From assembly GCF_009914755.1 (NCBI RefSeq), contig NC_060928.1: a DNA stretch of 64,000 bases. One strand, given 5' to 3'. The notes under the pieces are model-generated. The model saw only the letters and a program-made list of their open reading frames with translations. It was not told the DNA's origin and did not search any database. The position numbers and the translations under genes are program-made. Source of the stretch: the human T2T-CHM13v2.0 reference genome, Homo sapiens. Shown here one piece after another: positions 32,681-46,480 of the stretch; position 1 is the stretch's first letter; the number at the start of each line of letters is the position of its first letter.

Positions 32681-35089
32681 CACTAACGCCTACTATTTTA
32701 TCTGTTTTTCCATGGATTAATCTGGTCTTAATGAAAATATGGAAAGTATCATTTGGTAAATATGCTATGTTACTGACACGAAATATCTTGGATTCCATCA
32801 TCTTTTTCAGAAAAATGTAATTAAATTTTTTAACCTGTAATTGAATATTTCTCCTTAATATATCACATGTACATAAAGCTATCTCAATTTTTAACATATG
32901 ACATAAACATTATTTACACCATATTCTCCAGCTATGTTTCAGCAGCTCAACTAGATTTTTCAAATATTTCAACATTTTAAAAAATATTTCTACTTGCAAT
33001 CAATGCATTATCTACTGAATTGCCTGGAACTTGTTGATATTACCACAGTCCTATTCCAGCTTATTTTAACTATTAAAACAGTCATACTTGCTGATATATA
33101 ATCTAAGCATTATTATACTTGTCAGAATTAATTCACGATGACAGTGTTATTTCAACAACACTTTTTAGTCATTTATCTCCTTACAACCTATCATGAAGCA
33201 CATTTTTTCCTTTGCAAGTATCTCTAGAGACTGTAAGTGACAAGTATAATATCTTAAATGTGTGAACAAAAATGACTTTCCTGTTCCCAAACAATATGCT
33301 TTGCTTGATCCAGAAATAGATAATTTGCATCAACTGAAAAAATAGGTATCATGTAATTTTTTCTCTGTGCTAACTTAATGGTAAACCTTCCCATAGCATC
33401 TCCTAAATCATGTGTTGTATTTTCAACCTTTAAGATATAAAAATATGACCACCTTTAATTCCCACATTACCCAATTTACATTTGTACTTAATTAGAAAAT
33501 TGTCTACTGTAATTTTAGTTCATAAACAAAGTAAACGGCATCTTTCTGCCCTTTTTTCAGTGTTGAGTGTAAAGTGAAATCCTTGGTACTATTTTTTTTT
33601 CCAGTCTGTAATTAATTTGCGAATTCCTACTATAGTAATTGATTCAAATGGTTTTCATTGTACAACAATAGTTAGGTAAACATTCATTATATCAAGATGG
33701 TGGTTAGCATTACCCAAAATCTGTTGTTTTACTTTAACTATAATCCAAATATAAATGTAAATATAAATAAATATATATATGAAATTAGTGTCTTCACTTT
33801 TCAGGCAATCTTTTCCAATTCATTTTCAGGATTTAAAAAATAATTATTGAAGCTGGAAGAGAACATTAATCAGAGTTTTAGAGATACATATTTTCTTGTT
33901 CTCAATTTTTTTCGTTTATTCTTTTTCTATATTTACAACACATAGGATGAAAACAAAGATTTATAAATACGAGAAGTATTATGAGGCCATGTTTTATTGT
34001 CACAATTTAAAATCTTGTCAATAGAATTTTTAAATTAATACACAGATTATGAGAATATATCAATTCTCACTGTTTGGCAATAATTTTCTAAGTTTTGTAG
34101 ATTCTGAAATTTTAAGCATTTATATGCATCATAAAATTGCATATTTACATGCATTCTTATGCTTTGTAAAAAATAGAATTAGGTAAAATATCAGACTATT
34201 AAGTTCAGCATAATTTTATTTCTCAGTCAGACTTCTCTAGGAATTCATGATTCACATGAATTCACATGATTTTTTGTTTAATTATTTATTCAAGAAATGT
34301 TTACTAAAAACTTACAGTGTGTTGGGTCCTTAGGCTATGAACCGTATAACACCACGTACTGACCAACCAGAGATGAATAGAGTCTAGCAGGATATGTAGG
34401 CATAATCACAATACTTTTTAATGTTATTATAATTAGCGTAACAAGAATATGTCTGACGTGGAATGTGATAATTTTATGAGCATAATGTATTTTACCACAA
34501 TTAGAGATCACCTTTCAACTTATTAAATTTTAGGATTATCTTATAAATTTGTATAGAGAAAGAGATGCTAACATATTTAGTACCTCATGAGTATCAGACA
34601 CAGACCTACTTGGTGCTTTTTGATATGTTCTGTTTACTCTTCTGCTTCCTTTTATTAATTTTTATATGAAAAAGACACATTTGATGTCTGTTTATGTGAG
34701 CAATCTGCTGCATAGCAACCCAATTTAATCTTTTCGGTTCCATCAAATATTTAAGAATTTCTTTACCCTTAAGAAGAATAAAACCATAATAGAGTAGATG
34801 ATATAAAAACACATAACAAAATAAATACCTAACTTGCAAGAATATTATAATATCAGACTGGTAAAACATATTAAACTGCTAAAAAAAATCAGAACATAAT
34901 ACGGTAAATAGGAGTGTGTAGGGTGTGTCACAATGATTTTGTTGTCACTACAGTGAGTCAGGGGGCAACACCATCTAAGAATTCATTTGTTAACTAAATT
35001 CCCAACTGGAGTTATAGGTTTTGTTTTCATGTGATATATGAGGAAAACGAATCATTACAATGCAAGTAAAATAAGTGCCATGTCCTTCA

Positions 35090-35199
35090 TGCATTCATTC
35101 ATTTGACAAACTATGTACTGAGCAACTGTTTTGTGCCAGGTATTTCTGTTGTTGTTGGGCATACACAGTAGGCAAAATAACTATTATTCCTAACCTATG
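35090..35199 (-). mobile_element. L2 3' end fragment
   Basis: 'CATTCATTCATTTGACAAACTATGTACTGAGCAACTGTTTTGTGCCAGG'. Confidence 0.65.
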
Positions 35200-35365
35200 G
35201 CATTTACATCTCATTTAATAGCCATAATGATTCTAAGTAGCAGACTCTAGAATTATCCCTACTGTACTGATGAACATATAGAGCATTTATATCTCATTTA
35301 ATACCCATGATGACTCTAAGTAGCAGACTCTAGAATTATCCCTACTGTACGGATGAACATATAGA
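35200..35365. repeat. 83-bp tandem duplication within MIR-like sequence
   Basis: Units start at 35200 and 35283; I count 5 mismatches. Confidence 0.92.
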
Positions 35366-35959
35366 GGCCTAAAAAGGATAAAAAACTTGCCTGCTGTCAC
35401 AATAAGTGCTATGTGTCCCTTACGTTAGTCTGACAATAAAGACTAAGCCCTCTGCTATCATACCACACCCCTCCACCAGGTATGGTGATAGGAGTGATTA
35501 TCTGTATCTGAAAAGTGCAAAAAGGGAGGAATGCTTTTGTTACATTGCCAGGCAAATGAGGATGGAGATGTGCAAGAAGAACCACAGTTAGCTAACCTGG
35601 ACTACCTGCTAAATCCCAATTAAAACAACATGTTAATAAAAAGAGAAAGTAAAATTAAAAAGTCAATAGACATCCTTGGTAACATTTTCATGGCTATATG
35701 TTATAGATATCTGTAAAAAAATTAATGAGTTTGATTTTTATTTGATCATATAGCTTCTACATTTCTGAGCCATTACACTGAGGTCTTTTAATTTTTTTTC
35801 CCTGAGACTAAATAAACGTGATGGAAACTGAGATATATTTTTATTACTGAGTACGTCTGCTGTTGAAGACCTGAATAAACAAAGAACAAAACTGAATTAT
35901 GGTGCTGCAGCCTAATATCATCACCTACTAATCAAATATAGAAACTCTTAAAACAAAAC

Positions 35960-36010
35960 ATACACATACACACACACGTGCACGCGTGCACACACACACA
36001 TACACACACG
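35960..36010. repeat. (CA)n tract with central palindrome GTGCACGCGTGCAC
   Basis: Continuous alternating purine-pyrimidine sequence. Confidence 0.85.
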
Positions 36011-37744
36011 TTGAATTCCCACAGCTCTAGCTGTCTGATTCAGAAAGAGAGAAAGGAAGTCATCTCTGTTTTCGGTACAGGCTTTTGTGTAACTGTAGAG
36101 CCAAGAGGCATACAGTGATAACCTTTTTAACAAGCATATATGGCCATTAAAAACAGCAGGGTTTCAGCCTGGTTATCTTGGGTATAGAGATAACCACTTT
36201 TGCTGACTCCAGGGTATTCTTGAAAACAATACGATTGTACTGTGGAGTCTGTATTTGTTTATCCTACATGTAATTGGAGCAGAGCTAACATGCTATTCCC
36301 GTGCTCTCTTTTGTCCCATACTTTTAGAGACCTATATGTTACATTTCTAAGTTTCATAAATATCTTTAGCATAGCTAATCACAAACTAGTGTGATATCTT
36401 TTATCATTGATTTTCACTGAAAAATTGTTTATTGGGCACTAGGTGCCTGGTATATGCACTTTTATAAGCAAAGTTAAAGGGAGTATTAGCCTAGAAATTT
36501 TACTTAGCATTGGTAGAGATTAGGAGAATAAATAAAATTTATCTCACTAACAAATACCTCTGTATGATTTCTCAGGAGCGTTAACGTCATGAATCCTGTG
36601 GCTCACCACTTCATGTCTGAAGGTTAGTGAGCCAATGACTCATCCCTCAAGGCTCTGGATTTGTTTACTTATTTAGCAAGGTATAGCAGAAAATGACAGC
36701 ATGCCCTTAACACAAAGCTTTTCCTCTAGTACTCTTGTCCAAGAAGAGGTAATAAAATTTACTTTAAAAAACTACTCAGTAACTGAATAGTTTATCAAGG
36801 CATTCCATTGAGAAGAGAAATCTTTGGGGTATAAAAAGGAAGGAAAATGTTGTGAAGGGCATCACTCCCTTTTTCAATAGAGAATGTGTGAAAAAGTAAG
36901 GAAACTTTTTTCGGTTACTTTTCTTCCTTTCATAAATGTCTCATGAGGCGGAAAGAATACTGCAAGGGGAGATATTCTTCTTTATACATTTCCATAAATT
37001 CTACTATTTGCAGTATATTCTGTAGAAGGTTCACAAGGTTTTGTCAGAAGTCCAACATGATAAAAAATGTACGAAGTACATTTGTAAATATTAATGAAGA
37101 GATGTTATCAAAAACTACATTTTGTTAATGCTTTGCATATACTGCAAAGAGAAATAGAATTTGATGTCCAGCTTCCTAAAGACACATTTTAAAGACTTTC
37201 AGTGAGCATAGGTAATTGTGATTTATTCTGAATGCTTCTAAATTCTTTAAGTCTGGCTTTCATAATTGCAAGTAGAAAGTTGTATTTTCTAAGGAGAGGA
37301 TACTGAGGTGATTAGGTAATTGTCACACATGAACACTCATATTTTAGGTTAACAGATATAGTAGGCTAATTCTCTAGGGATTTTCTGAATGTTAATTTTA
37401 CACACACACACACACAGACACACCTTGCTTTTCTCCCTTTTACTATCATGAATAGGGATAAAACACTAACTGTCAATTTGGGGTGGAATATTAAGAAAAA
37501 CTAAAACTTAAATCACATTATGAGAAAAATTCACCAGTAAAGTCACCTTTAATGGAGGCATACATGCATACATCAACAGAGACAATTAAATACTTTTTCT
37601 GTTGATATATTAGGAAAATATTTATTAGAAGGGAGCAAAGCAAATATATAAAAAGAAAATATCAAGTCAAACTATATGAGAGGAAAGGTAAAAAAATAAT
37701 ATTTGGGTAACACATGTTAATTCTTTTTGTTACCATCTTTAGAG

Positions 37745-37954
37745 CAGCAATACTCAATCAGAGGCATTTTTGCCCCCCAGTGAACACTGAGCAATACCTA
37801 GAGATAGTTTTGGATGCTACACTTCAGAGATGCCACTAAAAAGTAATGGGAAGAGGCCAGGTATGCTACTTAATATCCCACAGTGCACAAGGCAGCTCAC
37901 CTCAGCCAAGAATTATCCTGCCCACCAGGTTAATATTGCCAAGGAGAAACCCTG
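37745..37954 (+). mobile_element. MER20 (hAT-Charlie) DNA transposon, full length
   Basis: 'CAG..CTCAA..GATTTTGCCCCCCAG..AGAGGCCAGG..AAGAATTATCC..GAGAAACCCTG'; 8-bp flanks CTTTAGAG / CTCTAGGT fit the hAT NTCTAGAN target. Confidence 0.9.
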
Positions 37955-38439
37955 CTCTAGGTGGTCATTGTTAACAATGTTGAAATCTTGATTGATAACA
38001 TAAAAATATTTTGTAGCACTTTTCAGGTAAATAAAAATGGGACTTGTTTACTATCTCATAGAATTCCTTTTTTGCCTGAGGAAGCATCATAATGTCATAG
38101 TCCTAGACACTTGATTTCCTACAACTGGCCTGGGACTGAGTCTCTATTATTCAAGGTGATAGCCTATCATATTTGCCGAGGTTAGCTCTGTATAGTTCTG
38201 TTTTCAGTCCCTCACTTTCCTGTGACAAGTTTTGACCAAGATATCTAGGAAAATAAATTTAAATCATAGACTGTTTTTCCAGGTGCTTCTGCCCACTCCC
38301 ACTAGGCTCCAGAAGATTCTATTTCCTGTATTCTAGAAACACCCTTGAGACTCACACAGAAATCTAATAATGATCCTGTGTTATAAATTTTTCCAAGTTC
38401 TAAATTTAAAGACCATAGAAAAATTATCTAAATAGTTTC

Positions 38440-38513
38440 TGCTTTAATATTGTCCGTCTTTACCTTTAATATTTTGCTTTAATATTGTCCTTATCTTTAC
38501 CTTTAGTATTTTG
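38440..38513. repeat. ~35-bp tandem duplication
   Basis: TGCTTTAATATTGTCC..TCTTTACCTTTA.TATTTTG occurs twice. Confidence 0.8.
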
Positions 38514-40339
38514 GGGCATATTTATATTATTTTCTGTATAAAGGATTTTCAGATGCAACTTCAGTGAAATATGAGTTTTGACATCCATGTGTTATGTTCA
38601 TATGCAATTTTGTCATCTAGTTAACTTTTATTGTTATAGTTACTAAACAAAACAAAAAGTGATTGGCATATTAGTGGCAAAGTTCTGATATAAATTAGAA
38701 AATTATAACAGAACTGAAGGTGATCATCTTAGAACATCAAGGAAAAAATTTTTTCAACTTTAATTTTAGGAAAGCAATTCTCATTTAAAGTAGTATTTCA
38801 TTGATTTTTTTTTTATTTTAACAAACATAAATTTAGCAAAATAAAAATGTTCTATTTTACAATGAAACTTTTCTTACTAGCAATGTTAATTCAGTAAATA
38901 TTTATTGAACATTTACTATTGTCAAGGCAATTAGATAAATTATTTATCCTAGAAATATTTTAGATATACAATTATTTTTAAATAATTGAAAGCTAAATAA
39001 ATATGAAGAGGATCAAACTTTATTTCACCTGCATTCATTACAATATATAAATACACCTATACATTCCTATATCTATGTATGTTAATATAGTTAAATATAA
39101 ATATTCTTTACTTATTTATCCTTTGGATATATGTGTATATTTACATCCATGTGTATATACTTTTTACAAGTAAATGTGCAGATGTGTATAGAGAATTTTG
39201 TATTGACTCACATTTTTTGATAATTGACTGAATAATTTCATCCATAGTATAGGTTTTGGTGAGTGATTTGTATCTGTAAACACTCAAATAACAAGCAACA
39301 AACTATTTTTTAAAATCCCTTATCATATTATAAATCCACATAGCTTTTCCAATAGTCTTTTTAGCAATAAGAGAAAATTACAAAGCTCAATAGAGTTGTC
39401 ATAACAAAAGAGGTTCATAAATTTTTCTTTAATTACACTCCGTGTTGCCTCTCATGAAAGTAGCATACAGCTTCTACTATCGGATTGAATGCTTACCAAT
39501 TTGGAAAATGTTTGTTGATTTTTACTGATAAATACTTTCATTTAAGAAACTAATGATTTTTATAACATTTCTCTTTAAAGAAATAATTTATAGGCTGCAT
39601 TGGAAAGCAAATACATTCTACAGTATTTTATTTGTTATCAGTTCCTTCATATGTGACTACATGAAACAAAATTTGTATGCTATATTTGCAGAATAAAGTA
39701 GAAAATACATTTTGCATACCTCAAAGTAAAAAGATTCTGTAATACAATTTCTATATGTATTCCTTCTCTCCAAAACATATTTTATTATAACATGAACATT
39801 TTAGTAGTTAACATTTTTATTTGTATTGAATTTTGCCAATTAGTTAGCCAATTTTATAATTCATTTCAGTTTTTGTTTATATTTAAATTACAGTTTACTT
39901 AATATTTCACTAGGTATTTGTTTCATAAAAGATGATTATATTAGTGAATCACAAGGATCTGAAGGAATTCTTAACATAGTTCTCATCCCAAGTAGCTGAT
40001 AAAATAGATGAATTTCGTTTAATATTATTCCATGGTAGTTCACACATGAACTAACACATTAAATAGTGCTTTCAGCTTCCACTTAGTGTAGGATTGAATA
40101 AAACATGTGCTGAATGAAAACAAATGATGCATAGGAAGTATCAATCTCTGTGAATATTTCTCTATAAATTCTATTGAAGTAAGTTTCAACTAGGGAAACT
40201 ATGATGGCTTTGAAATTCGTTTTTATGTGTTGAGGGTATGCAGTACATTTACTAAAAAAAAAATGATTATCAAGTGATAAAATGGTTGATTTTGGTTAAA
40301 ACAACTTCTCTAACTTCTCTCTTCATACATACCCACTTA

Positions 40340-40712
40340 GCTATTGCCACACTAGCTTTGATTCTTCTATATACATGTATGCCCTAGCTTTAGGGCTCTG
40401 ATCTTTCTGCCTGGAACTATCTTCCACCAGATACTTTTATGCTTAGTGTTTCACCTCCTCAAGTCTTTCATGGCCAAAATAAGATTGTAAATATTTATCT
40501 ACATTATCTATTTCCCTTCCTTGGTTAATATTTCTCATTAGCACTTGTTACCATCGAACGTGTTCGTGTTCTATGTATTTATTCTGTTTCCCCATTTGAA
40601 TATAAACTCAAGGAAGGCAGATTTTATCCTATGTTTTTCATTGCTATACCCCTGCACTTGGAAGACCCAGCTGGTCCCAAAAAGACACTCAGTAAACACC
40701 CTATGAATGAAG
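40340..40712 (+). mobile_element. L2 LINE 3' fragment
   Basis: 'TCTGCCTGGAAC...GAATATAAACTCAAGGAAGGCAG...CACTCAGTAAAC..TGAATGAA'. Confidence 0.75.
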
Positions 40713-41084
40713 GATATCAGATGCTTGTAATGCACAAGGCCCATGTCACTTTTCGGGAGTGCTACACTTGTGTTGGTTTTAATCCTTCTGTAAGAGCTGG
40801 AAAATTAGTCCTAAGAGGCTGCAGCAGGCAAGCATTAGCTCACAAAAATAAGGCAAATCAACTGAAGGAAATTGGACCAATGAGTATAAATATCCTACAA
40901 CTTCAAGTCACATTAAATCAAACTCCCAATAGTAAACACTCCCTCACACTGCTTCCCAGCCTTTTCATGTTGTGCTACAGATAGATAATGATAATATTTA
41001 AGTAGTATATTGGGGTAAACTGACAAAGCTGTGGCCAGAGGATTCTGCCTCAGGACATTCCATTCCAAGCATTTAATCACACTT

Positions 41085-41590
41085 AAAATCTAAAACCCTT
41101 ACTCTGATTTACTATTTATATTATCTGACTCCTGATTGCCTTTCCAGCTTCAAAAGATGGTCTTATTCTTCTTGCCCTCCTGCACATGCCTCATTTCTAT
41201 TACTGAAACAAATTAAGTCCTGTCTTGGGGTATTTGTACTAGCTGTTTCCTCCCTCTGAAAGGCTTCTCCGTCTTACCACCATTCTACTTATTCGTAATT
41301 CAGATCATAACTTAAATATGTCCTGCTTCGAAAGACTATTCCTTACCATTCAATCTAAAGAAGCCAATCTAAAATAGATACTCTCTCCCACATCACACAG
41401 ATGTAATGTTCTGCACAAGATTTACTAACATCTAATGTTTTTCTTGTGTATTATATATATATATCAATGCATTTGTTTATTCTGTGTCTCTCTGGGCCAA
41501 GAATCTCTCACTTCCTCACTGCAAGATGGGTGTAGGACCGAGAACAGTGCTGGACACATCATAAGTGTTTAGTAAATATTTAAAGTGGGT
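41085..41590 (+). mobile_element. L2 LINE 3' fragment
   Basis: 'GTACTAGCTGTTTCCTCCCTCTGAAAGGC...AGAACAGTGCTGGACACATCATAAGTGTTTAGTAAATATT'. Confidence 0.7.
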
Positions 41591-42210
41591 AAAATTAATT
41601 TCCATAAATAAAAATGTGTATTGATATTGCCAAGTGCCTTAGAACTTTGTCAAAAGATAAAAATGATTTTTATATAATTTCAATAAAATAAAAACCTACA
41701 GAAGCATTATTATACAGTGGTTTCAGGTCAGATTTTGGCTTAAGAAAGACCTACTAACTATTTTCTGGGACAACTTACTTAACTTGCAAATCCTTCATTT
41801 CTTCGTATAGAAAAAATAGGGCAGGATAGCTAAGGCATAGGATTTTCCTAAGAATAAAATTAAATACTATATATGAAATACTATGTGGGTGGCATAGGTA
41901 GGTAAGAAAATCTCTTGAACATGTCCCTAGTGATGGAGGGACACTATTCAGACAGGCATCTAAAATGATTCCTTTTTAAATTAATTTACCTATCCATTAA
42001 TCCATTTAATAAAAGTTGAGAAACTTCTGTTTCCTGGAAAGATGCTGTATATGAGACATAGAGAAAAGAATTTGTATTAATTTTCAAAATTAGGTTTCTT
42101 ATGGAGAGAAATATGTAAATAAGCAATTAACAGACACTTTAAGAAGTGCTATGTTACTGGTTTATACAAGGATTTCCCAGGAAGTATGAAGGCAGAACTC
42201 CATCTGATAT

Positions 42211-42546
42211 TCTTTTCTTTTCTTCCTCTTCTTTTTTTTTTTTTTTCTTTAAAAGACAGTATTTTAACTCTGTCACCCAGGCTGGAGTGCAGTGGCCTGA
42301 TCACAGTTCACTGAAGCTTTGAACTCCTGAGCTCAAGCATTCCTCCTGCATCAGCCCCCTGAGTAGCTGTGTAGCTGGGACTACAGGTGTGTGCCACCAC
42401 AACCAGCCTTTTTTTTTTTTTTTTTGTAGAGACAGGATCTCACTATGTTGCCCAGGCTGGTCTTGAATTCCTGACCTCAGCAATCTTCCTTCCTTGGCCT
42501 ACCAAAGTGCTAGGATTACAGGCATGAATCAGCAACAGATCCAGCC
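42211..42546 (-). mobile_element. AluJ SINE
   Basis: J-type antisense Alu with a T-rich tail. Confidence 0.92.
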
Positions 42547-42549
42547 TGA

Positions 42550-42874
<325 letters not shown>

Positions 42875-42921
42875 GATATTTCTAATTGAGGTGACTCTAA
42901 AAACGAACAGCAATTTCATGG

Positions 42922-43190
42922 TATATAAATAATATATACATAATTTATATTATAATATTATTATATAATATTATATAATATAACATAATATCATATATTA
43001 TATTATATATATTATATAATTATATTATATATTATATAATTATATTATATAATATATTATTATTTATATTATATATAATATATATTATATTGTATATATT
43101 CTATATAATATATAATATATAATTATATATATAACTATATAATTTCATGGTATATGTATAATTTCATGGTGTATATATATATATATATAC
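42922..43190. repeat. AT-only low-complexity island (TATAA/TATTA repeats)
   Basis: About 220 bp almost devoid of G/C, followed by (TA)n. Confidence 0.95.
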
Positions 43191-44099
43191 CCACACATAC
43201 ACACACAGCTAACAAAAGGTAAGATTTGGATTTTTAAACTGAAATTTCCCCTGATGGAGAACGCTTGTTTATGTCTTGTTAAATATTTAGGCAATACTCA
43301 GCCTAACAGATTATCACATATTGACATAAAATGATGAAAGGACTAGGGACTCTGTCTTGGCTCTTAAAAATAACATCCTAATTCAAACTTACACCTGCAG
43401 CAAGCTTGAAAAGGCATATTTAATAAATTGAAAAAAATAGTGAATAATGTGTTACAGTTTGAAGGAGTTACTTGAGAGAGCTTCTAGGTTAGCTGGGGGA
43501 TCTTCCAAACTCCAGCACATAATTAAGAGCATTCTATTAGATGTGTGTGGAATCCTCTTGGAGATATTTTGAAAATTTATTTATGGGATGCATCAAGTTT
43601 TATTTAATGTTTAAGACCTCTGAATTTTCTCTGAATTAGAAATAATCCTTCTTTTTTTCAGAAAACTATGATCTTATACAATCCAAATGGTCAAGGGCAA
43701 TGTAACTAGGTCGTGAAACAACTGAGTTTCTACTATACCAACTGTGATAAAGTTTATAATAAGTAACTAGTTGTCTGCTGGTTTTCCTGTCTTCTTTTTA
43801 AATTATGCAAGAGGCTAATAAAACAGTAAAGTAATAGCTCTCAGGTTTCAAACTGTTGTAGTTATTGGCTATATCCCTTGTGGTCTCCCTGCATACCTCT
43901 TGGGTAAGGTTTCCTCTCTAGGGCTGTCAGCCAACATGCCTTTGCTTGAGTTTATGGTAAAACATTTTTTTTTTTTCTGCACTGACATTCTGGAGCAGGC
44001 TGTGTGTTTTGGGTCGAGAAGGCTGCATGCAGTCCAGTGTGATGGCTGCAGCCCACTTGCTAACCTTAGAGACAGGTCTTGTAGTCTCGTGTCCCTCCC

Positions 44100-44348
44100 T
44101 TGGGAGATAATTAGGATCAGATAAGCTCATGAGGGTGGAATTCTCGTGAACAGGATTCATGTCCTTATAAGGGTCCAGAGTGACTGCCACATGAGAACCC
44201 AGTGAAAAGACAGCCATTTATGAAGCAAATCCTCAGCAGACACTGATCTTGGACTTCCCACCCTCCAGAATTGTCAGAAATAAATACTTGTTGTTTAAGC
44301 CACCCAGACTATGGTATTTTGCTCTAGTAGCCTGAGCAGATTAAGACA
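44100..44348 (+). mobile_element. MLT1A-type MaLR LTR
   Basis: 'CTTGGACTTCCCACCCTCCAGAATTGTCAGAAATAAATACTTGTTGTTTAAGCCACCCAG...TAAGACA'. Confidence 0.88.
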
Positions 44349-44809
44349 GATACCATCCTTCTTCTGTCTCTACTTGTGTTTAGATTATTAGAGTATAATT
44401 TTCAAAAAGTTAAAAACAGGAGTCTCATGCAAATTTAAAATGAATCTTGGTCAAAGATTTTATATAACAAAGTAATTAGGTTACCAGTAACACGTTAAAA
44501 TCATTTCAAATTGCATTTGAGGAATTAGATATTTATAAGGAACAGAGAATGTTAGAATAAGATTACAGGAGTTATCTGTTGAACAGATGTAAATAATTTG
44601 CATCTCTGCTGTAAATTTTCTATAAGGGAACATCTGCTCTTACAGAATTATAAAACAGCCTCATTAAAAGGAAGTCAGTGCATCCTGCTGTAGCACAGTG
44701 CTCCACTGGAAGAACATGCAGTATTCTTTGCCTATTTCCAATATCTATATTATATTTCTATAATACGTGTCAATAATACGGGTTAATCATTGTGATTATT
44801 CTATTTCTT

Positions 44810-44962
44810 GGCCACCTACTCTATGCCAGGCACTTGGTCAGATGTTGGAATCCATTTCATCTAATGCCAAAAATAGCTGCCCAGTAAATTCTTATATAAA
44901 CAAACTGAGACTCAGGGAAGATACATTTTCCAAAGTCCAAACCATTAGTAAGTGGCACACCT
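44810..44962 (-). mobile_element. MIR SINE
   Basis: 'CACCTACTCTATGCCAGGCAC...AAACTGAGACTCAGGGAAG'. Confidence 0.7.
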
Positions 44963-46309
44963 GAGTTTTCTTTGTTCTTTTATTTAAAACTTACTATATA
45001 TGCTATGCACTACTTTAAGGGATTTATAAGTCTTATACCATTTAATCCTAAAAATAACTTAAAGTGCCCTCACTTTATTTATGAGAAAACTAGGCATCAT
45101 AGAATTGAATAATGTGCCAAAGATAAATTTGACACCATTACCTGGGACTTCCTAATATATGATCAGATAAAGAAAGAGACTTCTGCATCCTGTGGAAGTT
45201 CTGCCTCGGGTTTTCTTTTTTTTTTTTTTTCGTTTGTTTTCTCTGATAGCAATTTGCCTTCTTTGCCTATCTCAGTCAACCTTGACCTTTAATCCAGCAC
45301 CTCTCTTCTTGCCTGTGACCTCTGAACTCTTGACTCTGAGTCTGTCATTTAATACACATGCTTTGTATTCTGGAGCTTCTTTCCACGTTACTGCGTCTGC
45401 TTCAATCTAATACCCAAATCCAGAATTTTAATTATGCCTTTTGCTTTGACATTAGATTTGTCTATGTCTGTCTCTTAATTGTGCTCCAGCAAGACAGTTC
45501 GGCAAGAATCGCTTAAATTCCATTTTTCAAAGATAAGGAAATAGCTTTCCTTTGTAATAATTGGACATTTAATGCCATGAGTTAGAATGGAAAGATACCT
45601 GAAATCGTCTTTCACAGAGATAGCCTGTTCACATTGTTTTCATTAATCATTCATTTTTTTTAAAAAAAGGATTTTACGTAATGCTTTTATATGCAAAACA
45701 TCATGAAGCATAGTTCAAGAATACAGAGATTAAAAATTAGACATTATTCTGAAATGGATTCAGCCATTAAGAACATTATACTCACTAGAAAAACTACACA
45801 GAAACATGAAATGCCTTGTTTCTAACCTTTGCACCACTCCTTTCCCCACAGTAGAAATATTTGACTCCTCACCTGTGTTCTGGTATCTTGTCAGTCTTTA
45901 CTCATTGCTCCTATTTATTCTACCCAGTCTACATCATTAGGTTCAGGCTTCTTACCTGAAACCTCAACTGCACCTCAATTCCTAAGCCAAGTTAGACAGA
46001 AGTGAGAAGCAGATTTATCTGATCTCCACCACTCTCAGCCTATCCCCAGCTCAGATAGATTTAGTTGTATCTTCTTCCAGTGTCACTTCTCTGTGAACTA
46101 AATGCCTCACTGCTGACCAATGGGCTTTCATTTTCGGTATGAAAGCTACACTTGCCTTCACCTCAGAGCTCTTATTCTGTTTATGGAACCGCTGTACCTG
46201 GAATCCTGATTCTCGACTCCTTGCTGCATTAGCTGGAATTATGTTCTTATTCTTAGCTACAAGACTAGATTGGGTCTAGAAGTTTCTATGAAGTTGTGAA
46301 ATACTTATT

Positions 46310-46480
46310 TAGCACCTTAATATATGTTAAGACACTGCTACAAGTGTTTCACAAATACTATAAGGGAGGTACTATTTTTATCCCCATTTAATATGTGAGG
46401 TAAATAAAGGATAGAAAAGTGAAGTAACACAGGCAGTTTGGCTCAGAGTTCATGCTCATAATGACTATGCAACCTGTCTC
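46310..46480 (-). mobile_element. MIR SINE
   Basis: 'GGTACTATTTTTATCCCCATTTAATATGTGAGGTAAAT...GAAGTAAC'. Confidence 0.65.

Noticed and set aside
36168-36198. Resemblance to the miR-9 hairpin (TGGTTATCT...AGATAACC)
   Set aside because: The stem is only 9 bp, far too short for a pre-miRNA, and lacks the miR-9 seed; it is better read as paired GATA sites or chance.
37745-37954. MER20 as an active regulatory element
   Set aside because: The family has known exapted copies, but nothing in the sequence shows that this copy is functional.
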